Of a stretch of DNA of 64,000 bases, positions 27,173 to 40,443 are shown in pieces. The stretch spans positions 56,730,001 through 56,794,000 of the forward strand of contig OZ024745.1 in NCBI GenBank assembly GCA_964016885.1, in the 5' to 3' direction. The position numbers were made by a program, and so were the translations under genes. Position 1 is the first letter of the stretch. Each line of letters starts with the position of its first letter. A model generated the notes under the pieces. That model searched no databases. It saw nothing but the letters and a program-made list of their open reading frames with translations, and was not told the DNA's origin. This DNA is from Eledone cirrhosa. Taxonomy: Eukaryota.

Positions 27173-27233
27173 TTTTATCTGATGAAAGCACACCATAATT
27201 TAATTTGGTGTCCTTGAAATATGTATAATGAAA
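27173..27233 (+). ncRNA. Type-I hammerhead ribozyme, intact core
   Basis: Stem I TTTTAT/ATGAAA, CTGATGA 27179-27185, stem II 27186-27215, GAAA 27216-27219, short palindrome-like stem III, predicted cleavage after 27227. Confidence 0.8.
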
Positions 27234-27276
27234 CAAATATGGTTTTATAAATATAGTTTCCATTTGTTAATATATC

Positions 27277-27324
<48 letters not shown>

Positions 27325-27399
27325 GTTATGTACGCATTTATGTGTGTATATGTATATATGTATATATAATTATATGTATACACACACACATATATATTT

Positions 27400-27950
27400 A
27401 TATGTGTATTTGGTATATACATTCGTATGTGTGCGGGTATATGTGTCACGCCGGTTTACGTACGTGTGCGCGTGTTTGTACGTGTGCATGTATTAGCATG
27501 TATGGCGTGTGTTTTCGTGTATGAACGTGCATGTATATAAATGAGTGTATATATTTAATTGTCATTACTATTATGATTTTAATAACCTCTGTCATTTTCG
27601 TTCAACTAATTTATTTACATTATTCTTAACTCCGAAGCCGAGAATCATTCGGTTTTCTAAATAGAATATTAGTCTACGACTCCATTTATACCATAAACGT
27701 GGTTTTGTCTTTGCGTGTAATTGTTCTCAACGCACCATGTAACGACGTATTATGTTCGCTTTTTTCCGTACATTGCCAGGGAACATCTTCAGGAACCATA
27801 GTTATGTCTGCCTGTTTTCCTTCGCTTGCAACTTTTTTCGAAATATTTACTTCTGCGTTCACAGATTGATTTTCTCTAGTTTCAGAAGATCCCGTTAAGG
27901 GTGAAAGCAGCGATTCTTTGCTTAAACTTTAATCTATTATTTTAATAAAT
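27400..27950 (+). repeat. Second copy of the 5292-6050 repeat family
   Basis: Reverse-complement similarity over ~500 bp; ends in (AATA)n/polyA/(TA)n. Confidence 0.7.
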
Positions 27951-27965
27951 AAATAAATAAATACA

Positions 27966-28039
<74 letters not shown>

Positions 28040-28044
<5 letters not shown>

Positions 28045-28230
28045 AGTAAGTAAGACCCCGACGGCTGAGCTCAAGCTGTTTCGACGGCTAATTCACAGAA
28101 TTAGCCGTCGAAACGGCTTGAGCTCAGCCGTCGGGGTCTTACTTACTCCTATTACCCACTCTACTACCCTAAGTATTGAGTACTTTGGTGCGTTATGGTC
28201 CATCTGGTTCCTTACCACTTTTCCCTCGCT
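28040..28230 (+). mobile_element. Fold-back mini-element, family 2 (IR 28040-28152, tail to 28230), carrying the 3' half of a hammerhead
   Basis: Central hairpin GACGGCTAATTC-ACA-GAATTAGCCGTC, then GAAA-CGGCT..AGCCG-TC; (TA)n both sides. Confidence 0.88.
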
Positions 28231-28924
28231 ATATATATATATATATATTTTTTTTTTTGTTTTTTTTGTTTTTAGAATCCATATTCAATAAACAAACCAG
28301 GATTTTTCATTCTGAGGATTGAAAGCAAAACCTTTTGCTTTTAAGAAACCACTGGTAAATGGAATAAATGCCTTATGTTGTTTATTACATAATGAATATA
28401 TATATATATATATATATTGTGGTAAAAGACCGAGAGATTATTATATCCGTTAGTTAGAGTACTCAGTCCAGAGGACGAGTTCGATATTCACCGTAATCAT
28501 ACATGGGTTGAAAAACCGCTCAGTGAAACACGCGTCCTCGAGTATGTCTTGTTAATTTGTTGTGGAACTAACTTTCTCTCTCTTTATATATATACCTAAA
28601 TATCTAACTCTCGGTTTTCTGCTTTTAAATTTGTCTGCATGTGTCAAATCAAATCTACGCATTTAAGCATATTCACTTATGTATTTATTTTCAGAGAAGA
28701 ACAAGTATAACAATGAGAAAGCAGGAATCTCTAAAGCAGCGCTAAGATGAATAGATACATAGGTAGAACAAAATCACCGTAATTTTGTGGATATATTATT
28801 CATATTTGATAATGATTAAAGAAAGTGTAGAATTATTGTAACTTTTTAAATTATAATTTAATGAGATAATGAGAATTGTCGCAGCAACAAACGGGAGAAT
28901 ATCAAGAAATTGTTTTATTAACTT

Positions 28925-29230
28925 TGCCAGTTAATAGAGCGTAAGTTCACAATACTATGGTTGTGATGTCGAATCCCGGAACGGGCAGTGTTGTGTTAAC
29001 GAGGAAAACATTTTATTTCAAGTAGCTCCAGTTCATTCTCATTCATCTGTAGAAATGATTTGCGTTGTTACTGGTGCCAAGCTGTATCTTAGAAAACATG
29101 GGTGGCATGGAGAGGAGTGACTAGCGTGCATGGGCGATGGTTGGTTTTGAAAAACACAACTTGCCCAGACTTGTGCTTCGGAGAGTGGGGTGCAAATCCC
29201 TGGTAATTTGTGACCAAAGGGGGATTACGA
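28925..29230 (+). mobile_element. Old SINE related to family B
   Basis: Degenerate tRNA head (GTCGAATCCC) and TTTATTTCA..GCTCC motif. Confidence 0.5.
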
Positions 29231-31599
29231 GATGTATTATATCAATATATAAATCTTGATATGTGTATACAAGCACACATGCACATATACGCACACTAAC
29301 ATATACACGCGCGCCCGCTCGCACTCACACACACAGACACACACACACATGTATATATATATATATATGTATATATTTATATATACTTTCGAACCTGTAT
29401 ATTAATCTTTTTCTCTATCGGCATGTTTCTCATTTTTTCTCTCTTCATTTTCCCGTTAGAATTTTCGGAATGTTTTGGGGACTTAATTCAATAAGTGATT
29501 CAATATGTGATGCATATATCAAGCCGGTATTTGCATTTTTCATTACCCAAATTGTCAAAACCTCAGTAACTCATGTGGGATATATTAATGTGTGTACTAT
29601 ACACCATTTCCTGGTGTAGATGGTAAAGGAATCGCATAATATAGAGTACAATTTCTTTCAATTCATATTTTAAGCGACATTTCAAATGAAATAAGATCTT
29701 AACGATTGTTTCACAATTTCAGTAATGTCTGTTTGGAATTTGCAATACCAGAAATAATGGGTAATAGTTGTAAACCTACATATTAAATGTACTATAAATA
29801 CATATACGAGTATACACAAGACAATTATACGTTTACATACAACCAGCCTTTATGTACACGCACATAAACACTGACTCACACATATTCACACGCATTCATA
29901 TATACATATATACAACATACACACGTGGTTGTGTGTATGTGTGTGTGTAAAGATTTTGTTTTCAATACAGAATATGCATTTAGTTTAGTGCAATATTCTC
30001 AATATATTTCTCATACGAATTAACTTAATTTTTTTATAGAATTTAATCATACCTCTTCTGGTAACATGTAGTCATGTAATATCAATAAGTATATGTATAT
30101 AAACACACGCAAATATATCTATATCTATTTCTCTCGCTCTCTCTCTCTCCATCTCTCTCTCTCTCTCTCTCTCTTTTCCCTCTCTCTCTCTCCCTCTCTC
30201 TCTCTGCATATATACATATATACATATGTGTATTTCATTAGAGAAAAAGTAAAAACAAAAACGTCGGCTATGTCTGACCTACACTGTCTGTTAATTCTGG
30301 CGGAGGTAATTAAACAAAAAGAAAAGTTAAGAAATAGCTAGAAATACTGCCAATATATTCTTTGTTTCAGCAGAACTAACCTGGGCGGAGCTCATACTTT
30401 GCAAAGCTATCCCCCCACCGTATGCTTCGAAAATTGTTCGGAATGCTAATGTATTCATGAAACAATTAGTAATAAATGGCCACTTTATATCATTTACATA
30501 TATGCTGACTCGGGGTTAACATTCCAAATGACATGTTTCATCTAGTAACATTTGATTTGAGGTTTTTGTGATTTAGTTCATTATTTTGAGCATCGCCGCA
30601 GTTGCTCAACCGCAAAGTCTAACAAAGTAATTTCAATTGCATTTAGCACTTCAGTATATTGATATGTTGTTCCAAGTTAATGCCTCTTGCAGATTCGCAA
30701 ATAAATTATGCATGCGTTAACAAGAATACTTTTACTCTCAAACTTTCCACTATCCTGTAAACACAGTAAATAAACACATTTCATAATTAATGTAATTAAA
30801 CACATTAATAATTATTCATGATTTATCGATGTTATCAACCAGCATTATTCAAATTTGTTCACTCGTTCTCTACTCTCTCCGTATATAGTCTTTCAATCAC
30901 ACATACTGAAATTCCCTGCAAAGATACGTCTTAAAATATGTAGATAATATTGATGAAATTAATTTCATAATTGAGAAAGAAAATAAATTATAAGCAATTG
31001 GCATACTTCGGGAAATCCTCAATTAGTCGGCAGGTGGATAAAATTATTTAATAACATAATAGCTAATTTGATTTATTTGTTAGTATATAGATTATGAGAA
31101 TAAGTCTATTAGATATCATTGGCGTTTAAATTGAGAAGTTTTATTTTGTGATATATATCGGAGTGTTGATATGATTTTAAATTTTTTCACGGTTGTCAAC
31201 AATATTCTTTATGGTGATAAGTACATATCTGTGTGTGATATTGTATATGAACCAGATTCTCATGTGTCCTTGTTTAAAGTTCTCCTGTTGTAGTGTTTGA
31301 AAATTATGTCTCAAGCAGTTACGCATTTATAGACAGAACGTCATTACGTTAACTAGTGAAAATAGAAATTTACGTTTATACAATTTTAACTAGCAATCTA
31401 TCAAACTACAACCAACCCAAATCACCAGACTGATACTGAGCATGAAACAATAATATTCAAACAAGACCACCAGATAATATCACCAATCCTCCCGGCAAAG
31501 CCCCCAAACTGCAATTTTTTGGGGGTCTTTATACTTATCTATTCATCCAACTACATATCCGCATATGTCAATATATCTTCTCTCCTCTTTATTTTGCCT

Positions 31600-32020
31600 C
31601 CTTCATTCTCGAGAGATGATTGCTGCATCAAGAATTTAGTCACTGCCTGATGTTGCATTTTCTGCTGTGGCTGTGTAGTCTGATGTCTGAGGCAATCTCT
31701 ATTGCATGAGCGACTGATATAGGTAGACGCTAATTGCTTTACAGAACCTGACTTGAGCATGGCTCTTTTTCTCCTCACCGACTCGACATGATTCCTCCCA
31801 GCTTGTTTCGCCCAACGCTGAATGGCACATTTCCAGGTTCCATATGAGTCTGCAAGACTTTACAAGAACTGTACATCAATTCCTCTACTTTTCAATTCTC
31901 GTTTGAATACACTTTTAAATTGCAGCCGGGGACGGCCTAGAGACCTACATTCCACTGATAGTTCACCGTACAACATATCTTTAGGAATGCGGATGACATA
32001 CATTCGGTAAACATGACGGA
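31600..32020 (-). pseudogene. RTE-type LINE ORF C-terminal fragment
   Basis: HVYRM...RIPKDMLYGEL...RSLGRPRLQFKSVFKRELK, followed by a degenerate Cys motif (SRSCNRDC). Confidence 0.75.
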
Positions 32021-33029
32021 GTCAATGAAGACAGCGTTGGCTCAGAAGAGCGAAGTCAGTTAACAACCTACATACCGGCCTAATCAAGCACACATACATA
32101 CCCGTATATATATATAGTTTTTTGTTTGTCTCTGTTTAAATAAACATGCGTGTGTCATCACATTGATTTTTATTTTATATCAGTGCGTTTTAAGAAAACA
32201 CATATCTTGTATTTCATTGGTCACATTATGATTATATCTAATAATCTTTTGGCGGTGAGGGCATGAATACAGTCGTATACTAAGGTCTGTTTCATTGGTT
32301 GAAACTCCCTGCTTTGAAACTTTACGTACTTTTGGTAATGCGACGAATGAATATTAATTGACACTGTATTAAGGCACCATTAACATATTCAGTTAACTTG
32401 TGTTGAGAAATAGTGAGGATATGTGTACATTAAAGGGAGGCTGGGGAGGCTGAGAAATTAGGTTAACTGATTGCAGAAAACTAAAGCAGAAAAAATCTGA
32501 TAAACATTAAATAAGAGATGACAAGAACGAAAAAGAGTGAGAGTTCGCTTCATGCAATAAGGCAAAGATAGAACGATATAGAGATACAAAGAGAGAAGGA
32601 AGCCTAATATTTTAATACATTAACTAACATTAGACGTTTCTTTGTTTGATAAAATTGTCTCCGCTATATTGCAAATTACTAGACATTTGTATATTTGGTT
32701 TGATATTTCAATGGGATTTCTATATTCTTTTTAATTTTAAGAATAACAGCCATTAACGAGATCAATGATATAAACCCTAATGCAAAAATGTTTACGAATA
32801 TTTCAGTGTTTTTATTAATATTCAATATTTATATTTCTCCATATAATCAGAAATCTTCAAGAAGCGACGATGAAAATAGATTCAAAAATCACTTGATGCA
32901 TTTTATTAATGGCTTACACGTTTACAACATAATGTCTTAATAATCAAACTATCAACAGGACTTTAAAAGGAGGAACGGATAGCAGTATATACATCATAAT
33001 CATGATACTGACAATAGTCTTCATTATTA

Positions 33030-33215
33030 CGGGGAATTGGCAGTATCGGTAGAGGGTTGGACGCCATGTTTTCTAGAATAGTTACGTCCCTTTACGGTCT
33101 GAGTTCAAATCGCGTCGAGGTTATCTTTGTCTTTCATCATTATGGGGTCGATAAAATAAAGTACCAGTAATCTACTGGGTAATTTGCTGACCTTTTGCTA
33201 AAAGTAGAAACAATT
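33030..33215 (+). mobile_element. SINE family A
   Basis: A/B boxes and core match the other copies. Confidence 0.85.
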
Positions 33216-33448
33216 ATTACTTTATTAAACATTTCAACTCGTGCTTTTTGCCGACACTGTGTGTGCATGAGAGTTTCAGAGACAGAGAGGAGAGAGGAGG
33301 AGATGGAGGGAGAGAGAAAGAGGGAATCAGAGGAAGAGAAACAGAGAGAAGTACCTGACTCGTTATATGTGTTGACCACAATAATGTAAATATAGAATGA
33401 AGCGCTCCGAGTCGAAAATATAATGAGAGGATAGCGATATATAATGTA

Positions 33449-35284
33449 CTAGCAGTGGTACCCGGTGTTGCACGAGATAAGGTATTTGCGGGCCGCCAAC
33501 AGACCTAATCGTGGAAAAACTGCATGCCTGGACAATATGTAAAGAAAATAAACCGAATACTCTGATGGCTGGATAATCTTTATGATTTTCCTGATGAAGC
33601 AGGAAAAATGCAGGTTTTCACCTAATGCGGGCCCTAGTAGATCAAGAAAATGAATTTTTATGCCTTGAAATTTTGGGAAAATCGCATAGACGTAACGCCT
33701 CCAAAAAGCCCTAAGAAGCTGAAAAAATGAAGTTTTTCAACTAATGTGGGCCCTAGGTCATAAGAAAGTTGGATTTTCTTTGCTTACGGTATGAAGAAGA
33801 GACTGACTAATACATAGTTAACATTTCAAGGAAATTGGTGTGACGTAACGCCTCAAAAAACACTTAAAATTCTTAAAAAAACGCAGTTTTTCACCTAGGA
33901 GATGAAAAAGTTGAATTTGTTTATGTGCATAACACGCTGAAACATAAGTAATACACATGTAAAGTTCGAAAAAAATCGGTTGGGTACTTCTCGAGTTTTA
34001 GGGATTCAAACTCACAGACACACACACACACACACACACAGACAGACATCCTCAGGGAAGTGACATAATGCAGACAGCCAGACATAGAGGCAGATATTAT
34101 ACGGGCGCGACGTTATATGTATGTATCTATCTAAAAATAGAAAGACTAAGAATTATAGAGAGAGATCGCTAAATCGCCTAATGCGGTCCCTAGGTCATTG
34201 ACAATTTAATTTTCTTTTCTCAGAACACTCCCTGAAATATAAGTATTACATGTGTAAAGTTTGAAAATAGTCTGTTGGGTGCTTCTCTACAATACTAAGC
34301 GGTAAAATAGTAACTTTTGTTCTCGTAAAGGCACGTTTTTCTTTACCAGCTTTAACTTTTAGTGTTGTGTGAAATATATAACCTGCAAACCTGATTTTTG
34401 AATCGCAGCAGGGTCGACTTTATTTCACTCGCTCCACTAAAAGTTGGATTTTCTTTGCTCACGGTATGTAGAAGAGACTGACTAATTCATAGTTACCGGC
34501 TTTCATTGTTAATGTTGTGTGAAATGTATAACCGCTTTAGCTAAGCTTAGTATTGCCACAACCACGGCTGGCAAAGAAGTAAGGGTCTGGTGGTATGTAA
34601 GTAAGCAACACTGTGGCTTAAAACGTGAGGAAGAAGTTGTGTGCACTTACCAACTGTTTGGGGATTAAGTGTGAGATTTGTCTTTTAGCAAGTGTGGCGT
34701 AATAACCGGAGGCATCAGACAGCTAGACATACAGACAGATATTTGTAAGGACGCGTTCTGGAGGGAGAGGGAATTGTGGGAAGTGACGTAATGCAGACTG
34801 TCAGACATACAGACAGATATTATAAGGGCACGACGTTATATGTATGTATCTATCTAAGGGCAGTGGATTGGCAGTATCGGTAGAGGGTCGGACGCCATGC
34901 TTTGACGCATAGAGTTATGGTCCTTGCCATTCTGAGTTCAAATGCCGCCGAGGTTTACTTTGCCTTTCATCCTTACGGGGTCGATAAAATAAAGTACCAG
35001 TAATGCACTGGGTAATTGCTGGTCTTGTGCCAAAAGTAGAAACAGTTATATGTATGTATCTATCTAAAAAGAGAAAGACTAAGAATTATAGAGCGATATC
35101 GCTAAATCGCCTAATGCGGTCTCTAGCGCATTGACAATTTGAAATTCCTTTTGCTCAGAACACTCCCTGAAACATAAGTATTACATGTGTAAAGTTTGAA
35201 AACAGTCGGTTGGGTGCTTGTCGAGTTTTACGGATTCAAACTCACACACACACAGACAGACATCCTCAGTTTTTTATATATAGA
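33449..35284 (-). mobile_element. Non-autonomous Helitron with internal duplications
   Basis: Minus-strand 5' end A|TCTATATATAAAA..ATGTCTGTCTGTGTG at 35284; 3' end CTCGTGCAACACCGGG hairpin, then CTAG|T at 33449; no TSD. Confidence 0.8.
34858..35044 (+). mobile_element. SINE family A inserted in the Helitron, ~23-bp TSD
   Basis: GTTATATGTATGTATCTATCTAA at 34835-34857 and 35045-35067. Confidence 0.92.
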
Positions 35285-35559
35285 TGATATATTATCATAC
35301 ATTTCGTATCAGCCATAGTATCATTTAGTTACTGTTGTTTCGCTAGACTTCTGTTAATGGATCATTCACAATATATTACCTGATCTCCCCACTGGCGAAA
35401 CAATTGTACCAACTTGACACGGAAGATGGTGTAATAATTATTCATATATCACAACGGATTTCCGCAGATTGAGCCCCCTCCCCAGCTTAGAATATTCTCT
35501 ACCAAACTACATTATATTGTAATATGCGCACACAAACTCCCTTCATACAACATACCCAT

Positions 35560-35639
<80 letters not shown>

Positions 35640-36137
35640 CACACATTTATGTGGTATCTATATGAAATCACACCCATATAATTTCATTCCACTTGGCGAC
35701 ATTGTTGCATATTTCAGTATAATCAGATTCTACATATTGCCTAAGTGTATATGGTTCACCACACTGGTTGTGTGTGCAAGATATATACCATTATAATACG
35801 TACCATAGCAGTTTATATTCTCACATATAACAATAAAAATATATATTGTATGCTGATAATTTCTCATGAAAAATAGTGAAAAATATATGAAACAGTGGCA
35901 ATCTAAGTTGAAATATTTTACACAAGATATTTTTTTTCTCTTGTTAAAGTGATTACAGTTACGCGTGCTTTAATGTTTCTTTTTATGTTTACAAGAAATA
36001 CTGAAAAAAGAACAGAAAAGGTGTATATAAATGTATGTCCATAGGTGTAAATGTGTGTCTATGTATGCGTGAGTGAGAAAAATTGTATGTTTGCGTATGC
36101 ACACGGATATCAGATGAGAATGTTAGTGTGTTTAAGA

Positions 36138-36220
<83 letters not shown>

Positions 36221-36744
36221 TAATTAAGTGGTTGAAAGAGTTAAAGAAATACACGTTATTCTGAAGTCTGAGGGAACAGGAGCTATTAAATAATCTTTTA
36301 GAAATGCTTTCAAACTATGAACCTGACACAGCTATGAGCTCAAATAGCATTTTCAGAATCAGTAGCACATAATGTTGTTTGTCTGTTAAATCAATAGATC
36401 AATAGATCAATAATTCCAGGAATAGAACTTTGACATGGTATAACGAACGATGTTCCGTCAATAGTTTCCATCGGAAAGACAGATCCGGATATCTTACATG
36501 CCAGCAGCCTACGAGCTTCCTGTTTTCAATGAACTGAAGCTACACGTGAAACTCTCATACACGATTGATTCCAGTGCCATGCGTTTTAAAGGAACGGTAA
36601 CAAGGCCACTACACTGTTATACAGGTGACATGTTTTGAAAATTTAGGCTGACAGAAAACCAAACAAAATTAGGGAAAACACAGGTAAAACAGAAATACAC
36701 ACACACACACGCGCGAATCCAAACAAAACACACACACACACATA

Positions 36745-36791
<47 letters not shown>

Positions 36792-36810
36792 ATGTGTGTG
36801 TGTGCGCGCA

Positions 36811-36855
<45 letters not shown>

Positions 36856-37208
36856 AGGATTTAAGAAAGAGATAAATCAAATGTACACGTGAAGGAAATA
36901 TTAGTGCATATATAAATATTTCTAGTCATGGCTATTTCAAAGCATATACAACGAAAATAGAATTCTTACATATTCATGGCGTCGATAAATTCAAGCCAAT
37001 AGATGAACTCATTTTTTAAACGTAAATATTTTGTAGGATGTTCAAATCATCTAAATGCCTCGGTTAATAGAAAGATTTATTTACTTAGGTATCGATTAGT
37101 GTGTTTAAATGTGACATTCACCTTGCGCGTGCATACACGAACATACACGCACAAACATACACGCAGTCACACACACACACACACACACATACACACACAC
37201 ATGCATAA

Positions 37209-37304
<96 letters not shown>

Positions 37305-37385
37305 TTATATATATTTATATCTATGCATGTGTGTATGGGTGTGTGTGACTGCGTGTATGTTCGTGCGTGTATGTTCATGTATGTT

Positions 37386-37440
<55 letters not shown>

Positions 37441-37495
37441 ATAGTGAAAGAGTGAAGAATAACATGGTCGGCTGTACAAAAAGGGTTTTATTTAT

Positions 37496-37606
37496 AGTAT
37501 TAACAATTGTTTCATTGATCAGGTGAGTCTAAAGGCCGCTAATCACTCGAAGTTGCGGCACTCGACCATAAATACAGTGTTCGCCTCTGATCAAATCATC
37601 AGTATT
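37496..37606 (-). ncRNA. Candidate type-I hammerhead with ~80-nt extended stem II
   Basis: Minus strand: CTGATGA-TTTGATCAG...CTGATCAAT-GAAA-CAATTG-TT-AATACT, then AATAAA; it lies in a (TA)n-flanked insert at 37439-37746. Confidence 0.55.
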
Positions 37607-37743
37607 CTGATGATTTCTCCCGAACTCGCTACCCAACTATGGAAACCTCTTGTTGAGTCAAACAACGCCGTACGTTAAAACTATCCACAATACAGAGTAC
37701 ACACAAACTCTAACTGGATTACCTAAAACAATAACTTGGTATC

Positions 37744-37821
<78 letters not shown>

Positions 37822-37823
<2 letters not shown>

Positions 37824-39005
37824 GAAATTGTTTGGAAAGAGAGATATATTTTAACTTTAATTATATCTCATAAAATAATACAACTGGTTTTCCACAAAAT
37901 ACATATAGTTACACCCCAAACACTTAAATTGGGTTAATACTAACATATAACCTAATGTTTGTTGAGTGAGATGGTTACCAGTCGGAGTTTAGCTTTAAGC
38001 TATCTCTGTTATTGTATTAAATATTTTACTCTTGATTTGGCCAGAGGTATTTATTTCCAGGTACCTTATAAACATGACGTTCCGTATTTATTACTGTTAT
38101 GAGATATGGAGGTTTTTTGGTTGTCACTTCTCTGTTTTTAGCCTAAGAAAATATATATATGCATGTGTATATAATTACATGCATACATTTATTTTTTTAA
38201 GTTAATTGAGTTCTTAACACGTGAATTGATATTAGTTTTGAAATAACTAATTAACCCGCGTGTATTAAATATTTTACTCTTAATTTGGCCAGAGATTTAC
38301 ATTCCCAATCGCCTTTTAAAGCGAAAATTTCCGTATTTACTACGGTTTTGAGATGCGGCACGTTATTTTGGTATCACTTCTGTTTTTAGCCTAAGAAAAT
38401 ATCTATATGCGTGTGTGATTAATACACGCATACATTTATTTTTTAAATTACAATTCAGTTCTTAACACGTTGGATTGATAATGTTTTTGAAAAATCTAAT
38501 TAACCCACGTGTTTATTATTTTCTTTTCTCGTGAATGGTGGTTGTCTCCCTTTCCCGCTTAGTGACGCTATGAAACTTCCTCAGTCAAAAGACTGCTGGA
38601 ATTTCAAATTTGGCGGTCAATCGATGCGTGAGGGAGCAGCTTAGCAGACACGATTTTTAACTGCGGTAAGAATTTTTCTTATATCAAAGTTTAATGGGCT
38701 TCCACTGAAGATTTATAAGTGCCCACCTAAATATATTCTTACATGAATATATGTTAGGCTTCTACATAAACTGGAAACATTCTCCCAATTTGTAAAAAAC
38801 TTATAATGAAACAATTGTTTGGAAAGAGAGACATATTTCAACTTTAATTATATCTCATAAAATAATACAACTGGCTTTCCACAAAATGCATATAGTTAGC
38901 ACCCCAAACACTTAAATTGGGTTAATACTAACATATAACCTAATGTTTGTTGAGTGAGATGGTTACCAGTCGGAGTTTAGCTTTAAGCTATCTCTGTTAT
39001 TGTAT

Positions 39006-39012
<7 letters not shown>
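37822..39012. mobile_element. (TA)n-flanked non-coding element with ~200-bp direct terminal repeats and an internal ~248-bp tandem duplication
   Basis: 37826-38024 ~ 38813-39012; 38013-38260 ~ 38261-38512. Confidence 0.75.
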
Positions 39013-39070
<58 letters not shown>

Positions 39071-39074
<4 letters not shown>

Positions 39075-39170
39075 AGAAATAGCCGTCGAGGCGGCTTGAG
39101 CTCTGCCGTCGGGGTCATACGTTTTCCTATTTCCCACTCTACTACCCTAAGTATTGAGTACTCTGGTGCG
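39071..39170 (+). mobile_element. Family 2 single arm (second single arm at 40114-40167)
   Basis: AGCCGTCGA..CGGCTTGAGCTC.GCCGTCGGGGTC...CTACCCTAAGTATTGAGTAC. Confidence 0.75.
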
Positions 39171-39856
39171 AAATATGATTCTCGATAATTTATATTTGTA
39201 TTAATCTCCAGATTCTAGCCATTGAACAGTTAATTTTCTTGATTTTTTTAGTTGATTCTATTGACTGATGAATAGCTTATGTTAACTTTAACCCTTCTGT
39301 TGAGAACTCTATTCGATTCGTGATTTTTGCATTCTTGCAATAATATACGCAACTGAATTCATTCGCCTAAAATAAGGGTTGCCTCCCTTGCCGATCCCCA
39401 CGTGGGGTCAGTAATAGTCATTCCTTAAATTAGCATTGAAATAAAACCTGTTGAAAAAGTGGCTTCCTTGTTCAATCATCTTACCAGAAGCCTAACATTA
39501 TTTATGTAAGCGGACAGTACTTGATTTAGGAGTCGCAGAAACCCAAATGCTGGATTTTACCAACCATCCAGGGGCCCGGGTAAATTTTCAATCACATATA
39601 TTTTTATTTGTTTGACCCGAATTACTTGATCGTTTTTTTGGCTGTGCGGATGATTGTTTAATCATCGTCTCAGTGTGTTTGGCCTTTAACGTATGTTGTA
39701 GCTCTGGTTCATCTGAATCAATGAGCACTTGCCACACATCTCAGAGGTTGTTTTTCGTTATTTCATAGGCCGAAATACGATTCTCGATACTTTATATTTA
39801 TATATATATATATATATTCCCTTTTACTCTTTTACTGTTTCAGCCATCCGGCTGAG

Positions 39857-39896
<40 letters not shown>

Positions 39897-39897
<1 letters not shown>

Positions 39898-40082
39898 CTG
39901 TTTCTACTTTAGGCACAAGGCCAGCAATTACCCAGTGCATTACTGGTACTTTATTTTATCGACCCCGTAAGGATGAAAGGCAAAATCAACCTCGGCGGGA
40001 TTTGAACTCAGATCGTAAAGGGACGTAACTATGCTGGAAAGCATGGCGTCCGACCCTCTACCGATACTGCCAATCCACCACC
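39897..40082 (-). mobile_element. SINE family A
   Basis: Nearly identical to 9998-10182. Confidence 0.9.
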
Positions 40083-40163
40083 TATATATATATATATAAC
40101 GAATTATATAACTGAATTAGCCGTCGAAACGGCTTGAGCTTAGCCGTCGGGGTCTTACTGGTT

Positions 40164-40204
<41 letters not shown>

Positions 40205-40393
40205 ATACGTGATAGATTGCCTTCCGGATATAGCCCTCCGGATCGTACCAAGTCCAGTGATGGTCTGGAACCTCCCGGGGAGACCGTTCAGCCTAGGAAA
40301 GCCCTACCAAGGACAATGCTCCAGTCAGTAACACTCTCTCGGATTTAAGGAACCACCGGACCATCTCGTTACGAAAAGACCACACCCAATAGG

Positions 40394-40443
<50 letters not shown>

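Larger units (their letters stand above)
26755..27280 (-). mobile_element. Fold-back mini-element, family 3 (arms 26837-27041 / 27055-27280, tail 26755-26836)
   Basis: ~200-bp inverted arms, each with a hammerhead; (TA)n both sides. Confidence 0.9.
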
